A stretch of 64,000 nt of DNA. It comes from Synechococcus sp. GTDB lineage: Bacteria; Cyanobacteriota; Cyanobacteriia; PCC-6307; Cyanobiaceae. A program made the translations under genes and the position numbers. Positions 23,326 to 34,150 of this stretch are shown here, one piece after another. Position 1 is the stretch's first letter, and the number at the start of each line of letters is the position of its first letter. The stretch is taken from NCBI GenBank assembly GCA_047285535.1, contig JBJBDC010000001.1:1376136-1440135 (forward strand), read 5' to 3'. Below the pieces are notes generated by a model that was not told the DNA's origin, made no database searches, and saw nothing but the letters and a program-made list of their open reading frames with translations.

Positions 23326-25071
23326 TCAGGCTAAGAGCTTGCCGGCAATGAGACGCTGTCTTGCACGATCTGGCTCGGCCCAAATGACCTCACCATGTTT
23401 ATGTTGCACTGTTCCAAGCGCTGCACCAGAAATGCGGTGGAGATGCTCTGCAGGGGCTCTGACCACAGCAACCCGACGATTTCCCCGGGCGCGACTAAAC
23501 CATGCAGCCAGGTCAGCCGCAAGGGTGAGGTCGTCTTCGCTCGCAAAACCAGCCGATGCCTTCAACACAACATGACTGCCCGGACATTCCTGGGCATGAA
23601 ACCAAAGGTCACCAGGTCGTGCCCGCCGGAGGCTGATCCAGTCGTTTTGTCGATGATTTCGGCCCACTTGAATCAGGAGACCCGCCTCGCTGCGAATCTC
23701 GAGGGGCTGGGGATCCACGCGACGCGATCCCTGACGGCTGCGCCGCCGAAGCCGTTTTGGAGCCAACAGATCATCCAGTTCTTCTCGCAAGTCCAGGAGG
23801 CTTTTGGTGCGCGCCTCTAACCCATCCCAATCAGCACCGATCAGCTCTTCAAGAAAGCTTTGACTGCCCTCGAGCACAAGCAGCCGACTTTGGTGATGCT
23901 GCAATCGTTCTTCCAGTGCTGGCACAGCTCGTCGCAGTTTTCGCGCTCTGGCGTACAACTTCTGCGCGCGAGCAATGGTCTCACGATTCGGACTCACCTG
24001 ACACAACAACGCGTCTCCCTGTTTTTGCATGTCATCTGCACCACCCGTCTCCTCCAAGCCTGCCCTCTGATCAGCCAAAAGGGCCTCCTCACGAGTCCTT
24101 AACTGCTTGAGCTGCTTTTGCAAATCTTGGATGGCACGATTCAAATCCTGACGTTGAAGAACGGCGGCGTAGTACTCACCCAAACGCAGGCTTAGAGGCT
24201 GCCCACGTCTTGAGCACTCAACTAGCGAGTTCACTTCAGACGGCGGTACAGACGCAGGCTCCCAAACTCGATAGGAATTGGGCCCATCGAATTGAAGCTC
24301 AAACCCATTCGTCTCCAGCGTCTTCAACCAGCACTGCCATCGCTGATGCAAAATCTGCCAATCCTGCTCGCTCAGCTCATGAACGCTTGTCGCCAATCGC
24401 GCTCTGGCCTCGTCTTCATCCTGGGCTGCTAGCTGCTTCGCCAGAACTGGACTGATGCCCTGGTAGGCACTGCGCATTGCCCTTTCCAGGTTGAGCGGCA
24501 ACAGCTCCAAGCGTTCTCGCCATCGCTCCTCAGGCTCATCCAGCCGGGGAGCGATGCCTTGCAGGGCAGGAGGGGAGCTGTATTGATCTCCCGTACCCAT
24601 CGGCCTGACTCTTGACTGATGCATACGGACCTGACGTGCGATCGCCGTGATGCGTTGTCGGTCATCAAGGAGCAACAGATTGCTGTGACGCCCCATCAGT
24701 TCGAGCACCAAAATGCGCTGGGGAGACCGTCCTGGTCGAGGCGCAAACTGAAATTGCACAACCCGCTCAAACCCTTCCTGACTGAGCCCTGTAAGGGCAA
24801 GTTGGCAGAGGCCATGCTGAATCTGTTGTGCCAGCGTGCTTCCTGAACCCTGCTTCGGTGGCGCCTGGATTTCAACCAAGCGGGGAACTTCTGCTTTCCA
24901 GCTCAGTTCCAACCAAATCATTCCTCTCAGAGTGCGGAATCCGAGCTGAAGTGTCTGCGGGTCGGGCTGTTGGGCTTTCTCAAACCGACTGGGTAGCAAC
25001 CTGGCTCGTAAATCCGCCAGCACAGCCTTCAGGCTGGTGAGATCCATCACTTGCGGACTTTGGCTGGTCAT
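23326..25071 (-). CDS. NFACT/Rqc2 (RqcH, FbpA-like) family protein
   Basis: ELMGRHSN, GRNHRQND and WFHAQECPGSHV motifs. Confidence 0.92.
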   Translation of the reverse strand: MTSQSPQVMDLTSLKAVLADLRARLLPSRFEKAQQPDPQTLQLGFRTLRGMIWLELSWKAEVPRLVEIQAPPKQGSGSTLAQQIQHGLCQLALTGLSQEGFERVVQFQFAPRPGRSPQRILVLELMGRHSNLLLLDDRQRITAIARQVRMHQSRVRPMGTGDQYSSPPALQGIAPRLDEPEERWRERLELLPLNLERAMRSAYQGISPVLAKQLAAQDEDEARARLATSVHELSEQDWQILHQRWQCWLKTLETNGFELQFDGPNSYRVWEPASVPPSEVNSLVECSRRGQPLSLRLGEYYAAVLQRQDLNRAIQDLQKQLKQLRTREEALLADQRAGLEETGGADDMQKQGDALLCQVSPNRETIARAQKLYARARKLRRAVPALEERLQHHQSRLLVLEGSQSFLEELIGADWDGLEARTKSLLDLREELDDLLAPKRLRRRSRQGSRRVDPQPLEIRSEAGLLIQVGRNHRQNDWISLRRARPGDLWFHAQECPGSHVVLKASAGFASEDDLTLAADLAAWFSRARGNRRVAVVRAPAEHLHRISGAALGTVQHKHGEVIWAEPDRARQRLIAGKLLA

Positions 25072-25136
25072 GGATTGCCTGAAAAGCAGGCTGAACAGGA
25101 AGCCTTCCTACCCTGCGATGCAGTCTCAAGCAACGT

Positions 25137-25709
25137 ATGGCTCCTGATGAATCAATCGCCAGGCCCACGGTGCTCACCGGCCCGAGCGGCGTCGGCAAGG
25201 GCACCTTGGTCGCCCGCCTGAGAGAGCGTCATCCAGAGATATGGCTCTCAGTGTCGGCCACCACACGTGCTCCACGCAGTGGAGAAATCGATGGAGTTCA
25301 CTATTTTTTTCACTCCAAAGAACGGTTCAACAAACTCGTTGAAAGCGGTGGCTTGCTGGAGTGGGCTGAATTTGCTGGACACTGCTACGGAACACCTCGA
25401 CAACCCATCAGTGAACGCGTCGCAAACGGCATTCCCGTGCTTCTTGAAATTGAATTAGAGGGCGCCAGGCAGGTGAGAAACAGCTTGCCTAACGCAATCC
25501 AAATTTTTCTTGCACCACCTTCTGTTGAAGAGCTTGAGAAACGAATTCGCGGCCGTGGAACCGAAGCAGAGGAGGCGATACAGCGCCGGCTGAAGCGTGC
25601 ACAAGAAGAACTACTAGCTCAAACAGAATTCGATGCTGTGATCGTCAACGATGATCTTGAAACAGCTTTAGCAGAATTAGAAAAACAGATGAACTTGACT
25701 ATCTCCTGA
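25137..25709 (+). CDS. gmk: Guanylate kinase
   Basis: [18 protein letters not shown] and YGTP motifs. Confidence 0.96.
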   Translation: MAPDESIARPTVLTGPSGVGKGTLVARLRERHPEIWLSVSATTRAPRSGEIDGVHYFFHSKERFNKLVESGGLLEWAEFAGHCYGTPRQPISERVANGIPVLLEIELEGARQVRNSLPNAIQIFLAPPSVEELEKRIRGRGTEAEEAIQRRLKRAQEELLAQTEFDAVIVNDDLETALAELEKQMNLTIS

Positions 25710-25710
25710 G

Positions 25711-25741
25711 AAAAAAAGAGGAGCCCCTTGGGCCCCTCTTT
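25711..25741. terminator. Intrinsic terminator between convergent gmk and psaJ
   Basis: AAAAAAAGAGGAGCCC-CTT-GGGCCCCTCTTT; hairpin with a T7 tail on the minus strand and a short T-run on the plus strand. Confidence 0.75.
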
Positions 25742-25763
25742 GATGGGATTGTGAACTGAACGA

Positions 25764-25883
25764 TCAGCCCATGGGATGGAAGAGGAGATCAGGGAAAAAG
25801 CGATTCCACTCGATCATGATCCCGGCGGTGAGAGTGAACCAAATCGCGGCAACGACAGGTGCAGTAGTAAGAAATTTCTTCAT
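25764..25883 (-). CDS. psaJ: Photosystem I subunit IX
   Basis: Not in the track. [39 protein letters not shown], directly after psaF. Confidence 0.96.
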   Translation of the reverse strand: MKKFLTTAPVVAAIWFTLTAGIMIEWNRFFPDLLFHPMG

Positions 25884-25915
25884 CGGGAAAAAGATAAGGA
25901 CTTCGTGGTTCGAGT

Positions 25916-26395
25916 TCAGCGGGGAGAGACGGTCACCTTGTTGTCGCTTTCAAGCAATTTGCCACTGGTGAATTCACCAAAAGCAGCGACAGGCCAAGCG
26001 GCTGATGCCAACAGGGACTTGAGGGCAAGAGAGAGATCAATTTGAATCTCTTTCGTGTACTGCTCCTTGGTACCGCGAGTGCCTTTGAGGTACTCACGAC
26101 CCGCCCAGCCAATGCAACCATTGATGTAGAGGAACATCAGGCCTGGGAAGACGAAATCACCAGCATGGCTCCAACGGCCATCCACGATTAAATGAGGCAG
26201 CCCATCATCACCACAAACGGCCTCGCTATACCTCTCGAAGCGAGCCTTAGCTTGAGGCGTGGCGGCAGCGCTTGCTCGCTGCTGAAAACGGGCACTTTCG
26301 GCGCAAGGTGTCAAACCAGCTACATCAGCCTTGGCGACGGGGGCAAATCCGAACACCAGCAGGGCCGAGAGCGCAAGAGCGAAGAGACGACGCAT
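25916..26395 (-). CDS. psaF: Photosystem I subunit III
   Basis: MRRLFA signal, [19 protein letters not shown] and C-terminal VSPR. Confidence 0.97.
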   Translation of the reverse strand: MRRLFALALSALLVFGFAPVAKADVAGLTPCAESARFQQRASAAATPQAKARFERYSEAVCGDDGLPHLIVDGRWSHAGDFVFPGLMFLYINGCIGWAGREYLKGTRGTKEQYTKEIQIDLSLALKSLLASAAWPVAAFGEFTSGKLLESDNKVTVSPR

Positions 26396-26472
26396 CGGAA
26401 CGGTTCCTGTTGAGCCTGCCCCAAAGCGGCAGGATGTCACAAATGGACAGTAGGGGAGATCCCTCCATCTTC

Positions 26473-27543
26473 ATGCCCACAGTGCTTGGCCTCGAAACAA
26501 GTTGTGACGAGTCAGCCGCGGCGGTGCTCCGCCAGGAGGGCGGCAAGCTGATGGTTTTATCCCACGGCATCGCCTCCCAGGTTGAGGAGCACGCGCAATG
26601 GGGTGGGGTCGTTCCTGAGATTGCCTCACGACGGCATGTGGAAGCGCTCCCAAACCTCGTGGAGCACGCCTTAAAAGACGCTGGTCTCATTGCTGCCGAC
26701 CTTGATGCCATCGCGGCAACCGTGGCCCCTGGCTTGGTGGGAGCGCTCATGGTGGGCTCCATCACTGGACGAACACTGGCCGCCCTTCATCAGAAACCCT
26801 TCCTCGCCGTTCACCATCTGGAGGCGCACCTCGCTTCAGTGTTCCTTGCAGATCACCGTCCAAAGGCCCCTTATCTCGTCCTTCTCGTGAGTGGAGGTCA
26901 CACCGAACTCATTCGGGTGGATCAGCGCGGAGAGATGGAACGCCTGGGACGAAGCCATGACGATGCGGCAGGTGAAGCTTTCGACAAAGTGGCTCGACTC
27001 ATGGGTTTGGGCTACCCGGGAGGTCCTGCGATTCAATCCATAGCCATGCATGGTGAACCTAAGAAGTTTCGATTGCCGAAAGGGCGGGTCTCGAAACCAG
27101 GAGGAGGCTTCTATCCCTACGACTTTTCGTTCAGCGGACTAAAGACTGCAGTGCTTCGACAAGTGGAATCGCTGAAGGGCGAGTCGGATCAACTTCCCCT
27201 TGCTGATTTGGCAGCCAGCTTTGAGCAGATTGTTGTAGATGTTCTGGTGGAGCGCAGCCTGCGCTGTTGCCTTGATCAAGGGCTCGATCAATTAATCATG
27301 GTTGGAGGCGTTGCTGCCAACCTTCGTCTGCGTTCTCAGATGCAGAACGAAGGACAGGCCCTAGGAGTGTCTGTGCATACTGCCCCTTTGGCCTACTGCA
27401 CGGACAATGCAGCCATGGTTGCCGCAGCGGCACTGCTTCGACTCTCAAGTGGCATACAAGCCAGCTCTCTGGACCTTGGCGTGTCAGCGCGATGGCCACT
27501 AGAGAAAACTCTCAGCCTTTATGAGGACACTCCACCATTCTGA
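26473..27543 (+). CDS. tsaD: tRNA threonylcarbamoyladenosine biosynthesis protein TsaD
   Basis: [21 protein letters not shown] and CTDNAAM motifs; start at ATG 26473. Confidence 0.96.
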   Translation: MPTVLGLETSCDESAAAVLRQEGGKLMVLSHGIASQVEEHAQWGGVVPEIASRRHVEALPNLVEHALKDAGLIAADLDAIAATVAPGLVGALMVGSITGRTLAALHQKPFLAVHHLEAHLASVFLADHRPKAPYLVLLVSGGHTELIRVDQRGEMERLGRSHDDAAGEAFDKVARLMGLGYPGGPAIQSIAMHGEPKKFRLPKGRVSKPGGGFYPYDFSFSGLKTAVLRQVESLKGESDQLPLADLAASFEQIVVDVLVERSLRCCLDQGLDQLIMVGGVAANLRLRSQMQNEGQALGVSVHTAPLAYCTDNAAMVAAAALLRLSSGIQASSLDLGVSARWPLEKTLSLYEDTPPF

Positions 27544-27581
27544 AAATCCTCTTAAGGTGGTGATCCTAATGCACGCTTGTA

Positions 27582-27767
27582 ATGACTACTCAAAATGATC
27601 TCTCAGACAAGGCTGCAGCAGAATCAATAGATCCAATTGAGTTGAATGCCTGGAAGCGAGGATTTACTCCTCAAGCAGAAATCTGGAATGGTCGCTTGGC
27701 GATGTTGGGATTATCCATAGGCATAGCAACACTTTTTACCGTTCGCACGTTCAATCTTGGCGGCTAA
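27582..27767 (+). CDS. hli: High-light-inducible protein (HLIP)
   Basis: AEIWNGRLAMLG chlorophyll-binding motif. Confidence 0.92.
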   Translation: MTTQNDLSDKAAAESIDPIELNAWKRGFTPQAEIWNGRLAMLGLSIGIATLFTVRTFNLGG

Positions 27768-27774
27768 GCAACCA

Positions 27775-28917
27775 TTAACCAAGACCTCTCAATGCCTGAG
27801 CAAGCTCATTTGGTCGAGAGCTCATTTCAATCGCTTTGCTACCATCTACCTGACCAGATTCAACCAAACGCTGCAAAGACTGATTAGCAGTCATCATGCC
27901 GGCAAAGTCGCTCCTTGACATAATATCCTCAACATCATCTAAATCTCCTCTTTGGATATAATCCTTACAAGCATCAGTAACAATTAGAAGGTCATGATAA
28001 GCCACCCTAGTTCCAGAAACATCTTGAACTAATCCTTGCGAGATAATGCCAGAAAGTGTTTCAGACAAAGACTGTCTAACACTGTCTTGCTCTTCAGGCT
28101 GATACATTCCAATGACACGCTCAACTGTCTTTACGGCTGAATTAGTATGTAAAGTTCCCAAAACAAGATGGCCCGTCTGTGCAGCCTCCATTGCGGTGGA
28201 AAGTGTTTCTTTGTCGCGAATTTCACCAACTAAAATTACATCAGGATCTTCACGGAGTGCCGCTCTTAATGCATTATGAAATTGAAGTGTGTGCCGCCCT
28301 ACCTCACGCTGTCGAATAAGAGACTGATGACTTTCATGCACAAATTCAATCGGATCCTCAATCGTGAGGATATGTTTATTTTGGTTGCGGTTAATCCAAT
28401 CAATCATGGCCGCAAGTGTGGTGCTTTTTCCTGAGCCGGTTGGGCCGGTAACCAGCAACAAGCCTTTGGGGTGAGAGCAAAGATCTTGAAGGACAGATGG
28501 CAGTTTCAGCTCCTCAAGCGAAAGGATCTTTTGGGGGATCAAGCGCAACACAATCGCTGCACCTCGAAGAGCATCAAAGAGGTTGATTCGTACCCTTACA
28601 AATGGGAAGGCATAGGCCCCATCGAACTCTTTGAACTGCCTGAAATCGTCCACTTGCTGGGGTGTCAGCAACTCCCCCAGCCAGTCCTGGAACTCGTCTG
28701 GATTGGTGGAAGACCATTCGGAACAAACGATCTCGCCTCGAGATCGAAATCTTGGCCTCTCTCCAATCCCAAGGTGGATATCAGAATAACCCTGTTCATA
28801 AGCGATCCGAACGATCTGCTCCAATGAAGGGGACGCCGAAACCGAAGATTCCGTGACGAACGATTTTGCTTGAGTGGGTCGAACGGGGAGGCCAGGTGGG
28901 AAAACAGGCTGACTCAT
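27775..28917 (-). CDS. pilT: PilT/PilU-family type IV pilus retraction ATPase
   Basis: SDIHL, GPTGSGKST, TIEDPIE, LREDPDVILVGEIRD and TLHTNS motifs. Confidence 0.92.
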   Translation of the reverse strand: MSQPVFPPGLPVRPTQAKSFVTESSVSASPSLEQIVRIAYEQGYSDIHLGIGERPRFRSRGEIVCSEWSSTNPDEFQDWLGELLTPQQVDDFRQFKEFDGAYAFPFVRVRINLFDALRGAAIVLRLIPQKILSLEELKLPSVLQDLCSHPKGLLLVTGPTGSGKSTTLAAMIDWINRNQNKHILTIEDPIEFVHESHQSLIRQREVGRHTLQFHNALRAALREDPDVILVGEIRDKETLSTAMEAAQTGHLVLGTLHTNSAVKTVERVIGMYQPEEQDSVRQSLSETLSGIISQGLVQDVSGTRVAYHDLLIVTDACKDYIQRGDLDDVEDIMSRSDFAGMMTANQSLQRLVESGQVDGSKAIEMSSRPNELAQALRGLG

Positions 28918-29026
28918 GGTGACTTGTCTGTTTCATTTAGCTTCGATGTGCTTCGTCAACTGGCAAATCAGAGCCAAGACCTAGAAGAGAGATCACCCGT
29001 AAGCTTATTTGACAGTGTTAATGGTT

Positions 29027-30139
29027 ATGGGCAGCCTGCCAAGAGTGACGATCGTCCTAGGCACCAGGCCTGAGGCCATCAAATTGGCTCCTGTCATCCA
29101 AGAATTCCGGGCCTGTGAGGCACTGGAGACCCGCGTGGTTCTAACCGGTCAGCACAGAGAGATGGTGTCTCAAGTAATGGATCTGTTTGGCTTGACCGCC
29201 AATCTTGATCTCAATCTCATGGCCCCACAACAAACCCTGACGCACGTAACGTGCTCTGCCCTTCAAGGCTTGCGTGATGACTTCCAAGCCTTCCCTCCAA
29301 GGCTCGTTCTGGTTCAAGGAGATACAACCACTGCTTTCGCGGCTGCGCTTTCCGCTTTTTATGAGCAAATCCCTGTTGGCCATGTGGAAGCGGGCCTTCG
29401 AACAGACAATCTTTTGGATCCTTTCCCTGAAGAAGCGAATCGCAGACTGATTTCTCAGATTTCGCATCTTCATTTCGCTCCCACCAAGCAATCAGAAGCG
29501 AACCTCCAGGCATCAGGGGTCGTTGGCCGCGTGATGCTAACGGGCAACACCGTGATCGATGCCCTGCTGCGGATGTCAGAGAGGGCTCCTGTTCTGAACG
29601 ACTTACCTATTGACTGGAATCAACAAAGGGTGATTTTGGCGACAGTTCACCGTCGTGAGAATTGGGGTGACCGTTTAAAGAGCATTGCGGATGGAATGCT
29701 CCGTGTGCTCGACAGCCATCCCGATACCGTTTTGCTTTTGCCCTTGCATCGCAACCCAACCGTGCGTGATCCCTTACAGGCATGGCTAGGGAAACATCCT
29801 CAAATTGTTCTCACCGAGCCACTGGATTACGACCGATTGGTGGCTGCAATGAAAGGCTGCACACTTCTGCTTACAGACTCTGGGGGATTGCAAGAAGAAG
29901 CACCTGCACTCGGCAAACCGGTCCTTGTACTGCGAGAAACCACCGAAAGACCTGAAGCTGTTGAAGCCGGAACAGCCAGACTGGTAGGGACTGATCCAAC
30001 CTCGATTGAGCGTGAAACATCTCTGTTGTTAGACGACAGCCAGGCCTACAACGCAATGGCGAAAGCTGTTAATCCCTTTGGCGATGGCCAGGCAAGCGGA
30101 AGGATTTTGGGAGCGGCCCTTGAACTCTTGGCAGGCTGA
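29027..30139 (+). CDS. wecB: UDP-N-acetylglucosamine 2-epimerase (non-hydrolysing)
   Basis: GTRPEAIK, QGDTTT, HVEAGLR and DSGGLQEEAP motifs. Confidence 0.95.
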   Translation: MGSLPRVTIVLGTRPEAIKLAPVIQEFRACEALETRVVLTGQHREMVSQVMDLFGLTANLDLNLMAPQQTLTHVTCSALQGLRDDFQAFPPRLVLVQGDTTTAFAAALSAFYEQIPVGHVEAGLRTDNLLDPFPEEANRRLISQISHLHFAPTKQSEANLQASGVVGRVMLTGNTVIDALLRMSERAPVLNDLPIDWNQQRVILATVHRRENWGDRLKSIADGMLRVLDSHPDTVLLLPLHRNPTVRDPLQAWLGKHPQIVLTEPLDYDRLVAAMKGCTLLLTDSGGLQEEAPALGKPVLVLRETTERPEAVEAGTARLVGTDPTSIERETSLLLDDSQAYNAMAKAVNPFGDGQASGRILGAALELLAG

Positions 30140-30671
30140 TGCAGCGCTGAGTCTCTGCGGTTGCTACCGCTGGTTGCTGCATCGGCCCATTCAGGCAAAC
30201 CATGACCAAGCTAAAAAGCAGAGGGTTCTGGTGTTCATTGGACTGAATCCTTCGCGAGCAGATGGGAGTCGAGACGACCCCACCCTGCGTCGTCTTCAAC
30301 GGTTCTCACACAACTGGGGATATCACCATCTTGTGGTTCTCAATCTTTTTGCACGCATCTCGACTTCCCCCTCATGGCTTCGACGATGCCAAGAGCCAAT
30401 CGGTGAAGAGAATGATCAGCACTTGCGCCAATGGTTCCATCATTGGGCCCACCAGCCCACTTGGGATCTCTGGCTGGGATGGGGTGCTTTTGGAGAACTG
30501 ATGCAACGTGATGCGGTTGTGCTCAAGATGTTGGACGAAGTCAGCGATCAACGAGGACACCATCCACCCCCGTTTGTAACGGGTCTCACCAAAGCGGGCT
30601 ATCCCCGTCATCCCCTTTACTTACCAAGTGGTGTGCAGAGATGTGCCTGGGCAGGCAGTACGGTTCACTGA
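30078..30671 (+). CDS. DUF1643 family protein
   Basis: YRW.L, FIGLNPSRAD...DDPTLRR, NLFA, GWG and G.PRHPLY motifs; start uncertain. Confidence 0.85.
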   Translation: MAMARQAEGFWERPLNSWQADAALSLCGCYRWLLHRPIQANHDQAKKQRVLVFIGLNPSRADGSRDDPTLRRLQRFSHNWGYHHLVVLNLFARISTSPSWLRRCQEPIGEENDQHLRQWFHHWAHQPTWDLWLGWGAFGELMQRDAVVLKMLDEVSDQRGHHPPPFVTGLTKAGYPRHPLYLPSGVQRCAWAGSTVH

Positions 30672-30916
30672 TGAACCGCACTCCGCGCCGGTATCGGATC
30701 TCCCTTCACCTGTCTGGCGGGCAGAGCGAAGTGGTGCATTTCTCATCACTGGATCAATTCCAAGATTGGTATCAAGGTCTGGTCAACGCCAGTACTGAAG
30801 GGGGCTTTGTCAATGTCCCCCTGAGCGACTTAGACGGTGAGTTTCTGGTGGTGCGTCCGGAGGCTGTCATTGGAATGCGGGTTGAACCGCAATACGCCTC
30901 GATCGATGACACCTGA
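30671..30916 (+). CDS. Hypothetical protein (81 aa)
   Basis: TGATG coupling to the upstream gene; MNRTPRRYRISLHLSGG. Confidence 0.75.
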   Translation: MNRTPRRYRISLHLSGGQSEVVHFSSLDQFQDWYQGLVNASTEGGFVNVPLSDLDGEFLVVRPEAVIGMRVEPQYASIDDT

Positions 30917-32180
30917 GCGTTTAGGACTGCTTTGGGGCATCACTGTCTTTGCAGGAGCAGGGGCACGATTACTTGCCGCTCTATCGAATCTCCCTGGTGT
31001 GGTCTTGTTGCTGCTGTCGGGATTGCTGATTGGGCGCTCTGGATTAGGGCTCGTTGAACCTCTTGATCTCGGCCAGGGACTGCCAACGATTGTTGGACTT
31101 TTGGTAAGCCTTGTGTTGTTTGACGGAGGTCTCAACCTGCGCCTACCTGGAGACACCATCAAAGCGACGGTGCTTCGCATCTCCATTCTGAGGATTTTGA
31201 TCTCTCTCGGTGCAGGAATTCTCGCCGCACACTGGCTCGCTGGCCTGGGATGGTCCTTGGCTGCTGTATTTAGCGCCATAGTGTTGGCCACGGGACCCAC
31301 AGTGGTCACCCCAATTGTGAAACAAATCCGCCTCGCCCATCCACTGGGGGATGTGCTTGAAGCCGAAGGACTTGTGCTGGAACCAATAGGGGCTGTCTTG
31401 GCTCTGCTCCTCTTGGAACTCGCTTTGGGTGATCTACATGGCTGGCGTGAACTGGCCCTAGGTCTGCTGGCACGCTTGGGAGGGGGAGTGCTGATTGGCG
31501 TTGCTATTGGTTGGCTTCTAGCCGAAGGGTTACGCCGTCTGAATACGTCTCAATCAGTCGGATTGCGCTTGCAACTCACCCTTGGGGCGTTGTTCCTGAT
31601 GTTTGGCATTGCTGAATGGTTACTCCCAGAATCGGGGCTGCCCGCATCTGTTGCCGCAGGCGTCGTCGTCGGTCGTCGCTCATCTGAAGAAGCAGGTCAA
31701 CTCGATGAGCTCATCCGAGAGTTAGCCTCGCTCGCCATCACCATGCTTTTTCCTCTGCTCGCGGCTGACGTGTCCTGGGCTGAGCTGAGTCCACTCGGCT
31801 GGGGCGGCGTCAGTTGTGTTTTGGTGCTCATGCTGATTGTGCGCCCTGTTGCGGTGAGCGTGGCGACGGTCGGTTTGCCGTTGGTATGGCGTCAGCGCGT
31901 GTTCCTAGCCTGGCTCGCCCCCCGCGGGATTGTCACAGCAGCTGTTGCCTCATTGTTCGCAATTCGCCTGGAGCAGGCTGGAATTTTGGGAGCTGGTCGC
32001 CTGCAGGGACTTGTGTTCCTCACCATTTTGATGACCGTTGGAATCCAAGGCCTAACAGCACAACCGTTGGCGCGAGTGCTTGGGCTAATTGCTACGAACC
32101 CTGAGCCTGAGTCCACCCCTGACGCGTCATTAGAGGCAACGCCGCAACCTCTGCCGATCGTCCCCGAGCCTGGCAAGTAG
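30906..32180 (+). CDS. Cation:proton antiporter (CPA1/NhaP-like)
   Basis: LFDGGL, TGPTVV and APRGIVTAA motifs, about 12 TM helices. Confidence 0.9.
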   Translation: MTPERLGLLWGITVFAGAGARLLAALSNLPGVVLLLLSGLLIGRSGLGLVEPLDLGQGLPTIVGLLVSLVLFDGGLNLRLPGDTIKATVLRISILRILISLGAGILAAHWLAGLGWSLAAVFSAIVLATGPTVVTPIVKQIRLAHPLGDVLEAEGLVLEPIGAVLALLLLELALGDLHGWRELALGLLARLGGGVLIGVAIGWLLAEGLRRLNTSQSVGLRLQLTLGALFLMFGIAEWLLPESGLPASVAAGVVVGRRSSEEAGQLDELIRELASLAITMLFPLLAADVSWAELSPLGWGGVSCVLVLMLIVRPVAVSVATVGLPLVWRQRVFLAWLAPRGIVTAAVASLFAIRLEQAGILGAGRLQGLVFLTILMTVGIQGLTAQPLARVLGLIATNPEPESTPDASLEATPQPLPIVPEPGK

Positions 32181-33560
32181 TCCCCAAGTAGTAATGAGGT
32201 CTGGCCCCTGAAGTCTGCCAAGCAAAGCAGCTCTCAGACTTTTCATCAAAATTCCCTTCTTCACATCAGCAGAAGCAGAAGCCTGCTTAAGCAAGGTTTG
32301 GGCTGATTCAACATCAAGTCCATCCCATGGATTCAGCTCTAAGGCCTGAAGAAGAGCCTGAAGCGCAGGTCGTGCTCCAGGTTGCTCAAGTTGATTCAGT
32401 CCATCCTCTTCTAAGGCCGGCTGCTCAAAGAACGGTCTTGCCTGGTTGACGCCGTCCTCTATCAAGGTGAGCGATGGTCCAAGCAAAGAGGCCAGATCCC
32501 TGGCCCAAGCAGAATCCTTAGCAACCCAACCTTGTTGTTGCCAGAGGGGCTCAAGAGCTTGAAGAAGTTCCGAAGATGACCAGCCATGTAAAACCTGAGC
32601 ATTAAGCCAATTGAGCCTGTCCCAATCGAATTTGGCACCTGCTTTATTGACTCGATCAAAACTGAACCGTTGCGAGGCTTCACTGAGCGTGAACCGTTCC
32701 TCCATTCCCTCGGGAACAGACCAGCCCAGAAGGGTCATGTAATTGGCGAGTGCCTCGGAGGTGTAGCCCATCGCCTGAAAATCACTAATGGAGGTCACAC
32801 CATCCCTCTTAGAAAGCTTTCGCCCTTCGGGGTTGAGGATCAAAGGCGTATGAGCAAAACTTGGGCTGCTCAGCTCCAGAGCCTGATAAAGCAACAGTTG
32901 TTTGGCCGTATTGGCAATATGGTCTTCTCCCCGAATGACATGGCTGATGGCCATGGCAGCGTCATCGACTACCACAACGAGGTTGTAAAGGGGGTCCCCA
33001 ATTGACTTGGCAGGTGCACGTCGGGCGATCACCATGTCACCGCCAAGATCAGCACCACGCCATTGCATTGGACCACGAACCAAATCCGTCCAAGAAATCG
33101 TGGCGTCGTCATCAATGCGAAAGCGAATGACCGCCTCACGTCCTTCGGCCTGAAACATCTCCTCCTGTTCTTGACTCAGGTTGCGATGGCGGTTGTCGTA
33201 CCGAGGAGGCTTCCCTGAGGCTTTCTGGGCTTCACGCATAGCATCCAATTCCTGCTCACTTGCATAGCAGCGATAGGCAATTCCGCGATGAAGCAATTGG
33301 CTGATGGCCTGCCGATGGGCCTCCCCTCGTTCGCTCTGGATCACTGGCTTCTCATCCCAATCGAGACCCAGCCAACTCAGACCATCAAGAATATTTTGTG
33401 TGAATTCAGGCTTGGACCGCTGCTTATCAGTGTCCTCAATCCTGAGCAAAAATTTTCCTTGCTGGTGGCGAGCAAACAACCAATTGAAGACAGCTGTTCG
33501 AGCTGTTCCTATATGAAGCGTGCCGGTGGGGCTTGGAGCCAGACGAACACGAACCGTCAC
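32130..33560 (-). CDS. gltX: Glutamate--tRNA ligase
   Basis: [18 protein letters not shown] and KLSKR motifs; GTG start at 33560, since the track start lies inside tRNA-Asp. Confidence 0.96.
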   Translation of the reverse strand: MTVRVRLAPSPTGTLHIGTARTAVFNWLFARHQQGKFLLRIEDTDKQRSKPEFTQNILDGLSWLGLDWDEKPVIQSERGEAHRQAISQLLHRGIAYRCYASEQELDAMREAQKASGKPPRYDNRHRNLSQEQEEMFQAEGREAVIRFRIDDDATISWTDLVRGPMQWRGADLGGDMVIARRAPAKSIGDPLYNLVVVVDDAAMAISHVIRGEDHIANTAKQLLLYQALELSSPSFAHTPLILNPEGRKLSKRDGVTSISDFQAMGYTSEALANYMTLLGWSVPEGMEERFTLSEASQRFSFDRVNKAGAKFDWDRLNWLNAQVLHGWSSSELLQALEPLWQQQGWVAKDSAWARDLASLLGPSLTLIEDGVNQARPFFEQPALEEDGLNQLEQPGARPALQALLQALELNPWDGLDVESAQTLLKQASASADVKKGILMKSLRAALLGRLQGPDLITTWGLLARLGDDRQRLRRCL

Positions 33561-33578
33561 GACGTCGGAAAATGAAAA

Positions 33579-33652
33579 CGGGACCGACGGGATTCGAACC
33601 CGCAACTTCCGCCGTGACAGGGCGGTGCTCTAACCGGTTGAACTACGGTCCC
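33579..33652 (-). tRNA. tRNA-Asp(GTC)
   Basis: GGGACCGTAGTTCAACCGGTTAGAGCACCGCCCTGTCACGGCGGAAGTTGCGGGTTCGAATCCCGTCGGTCCCG. Confidence 0.97.
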
Positions 33653-33715
33653 AGGCAATCTCGGGTAAGGGTTGTGCCCATGGCGATTGACCTGTGCCGC
33701 TCACGCGACCAATTC

Positions 33716-33745
33716 AGTATCAACCGCAGGCATGCCCTCCGTCAA
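33716..33745 (-). promoter_or_regulatory. Possible sigma70-type promoter for tRNA-Asp/gltX
   Basis: TTGACG-N18-GATACT on the minus strand, about 63 nt upstream of the tRNA. Confidence 0.4.
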
Positions 33746-34091
33746 CACAATCGAGGAGACCAAGTTATTTCTGAGGTTTGCACCTGAAATCTTCAAGCTC
33801 ACACAGCCTGGTCTAGATAGTTGTTCTTCAAGAAACGGATGTCATGCACAAGCTCCTGTCAACATCTTTTAAAAGCACAGATCAAGACATCGTCTCAAGT
33901 GGAGCTCAAGCTTTACGGAGAACAAAACTTTAATGACGCGGACAAAATAGTCTCAAAAATCAGAGGCATTGACTGAAAACGAAGGCAAGATCACAGCCCA
34001 TAGCCGGTAGGACTAATGGCCTCAATGATTCGTTTCAACCAATGCATTCGAGGTGAGTCCTGCTGAGTTTTTGGTGGAGAGCATCTCAGAC

Positions 34092-34122
34092 AAAAAACCA
34101 CTCCCTGTCACGGGAGGGTTTT
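34092..34122 (-). terminator. Intrinsic terminator after HCP
   Basis: Minus strand AAAACCCTCCCGTGACAGGGAGTGGTTTTTT, a hairpin followed by a U-tract. Confidence 0.75.
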
Positions 34123-34150
34123 AAGTCGATAAAGGCAGAGATAATTTGTC

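Noticed and set aside
26272..26472. Apparent N-terminal extension of TsaD
   Set aside because: Overlaps psaF on the opposite strand; the family start matches ATG 26473.
33533..33787. ORFs crossing tRNA genes (also 50616..50807 and 51134..51331, and the gltX extension to 33605)
   Set aside because: These are translations of tRNA sequence; the tRNA structure explains the region.
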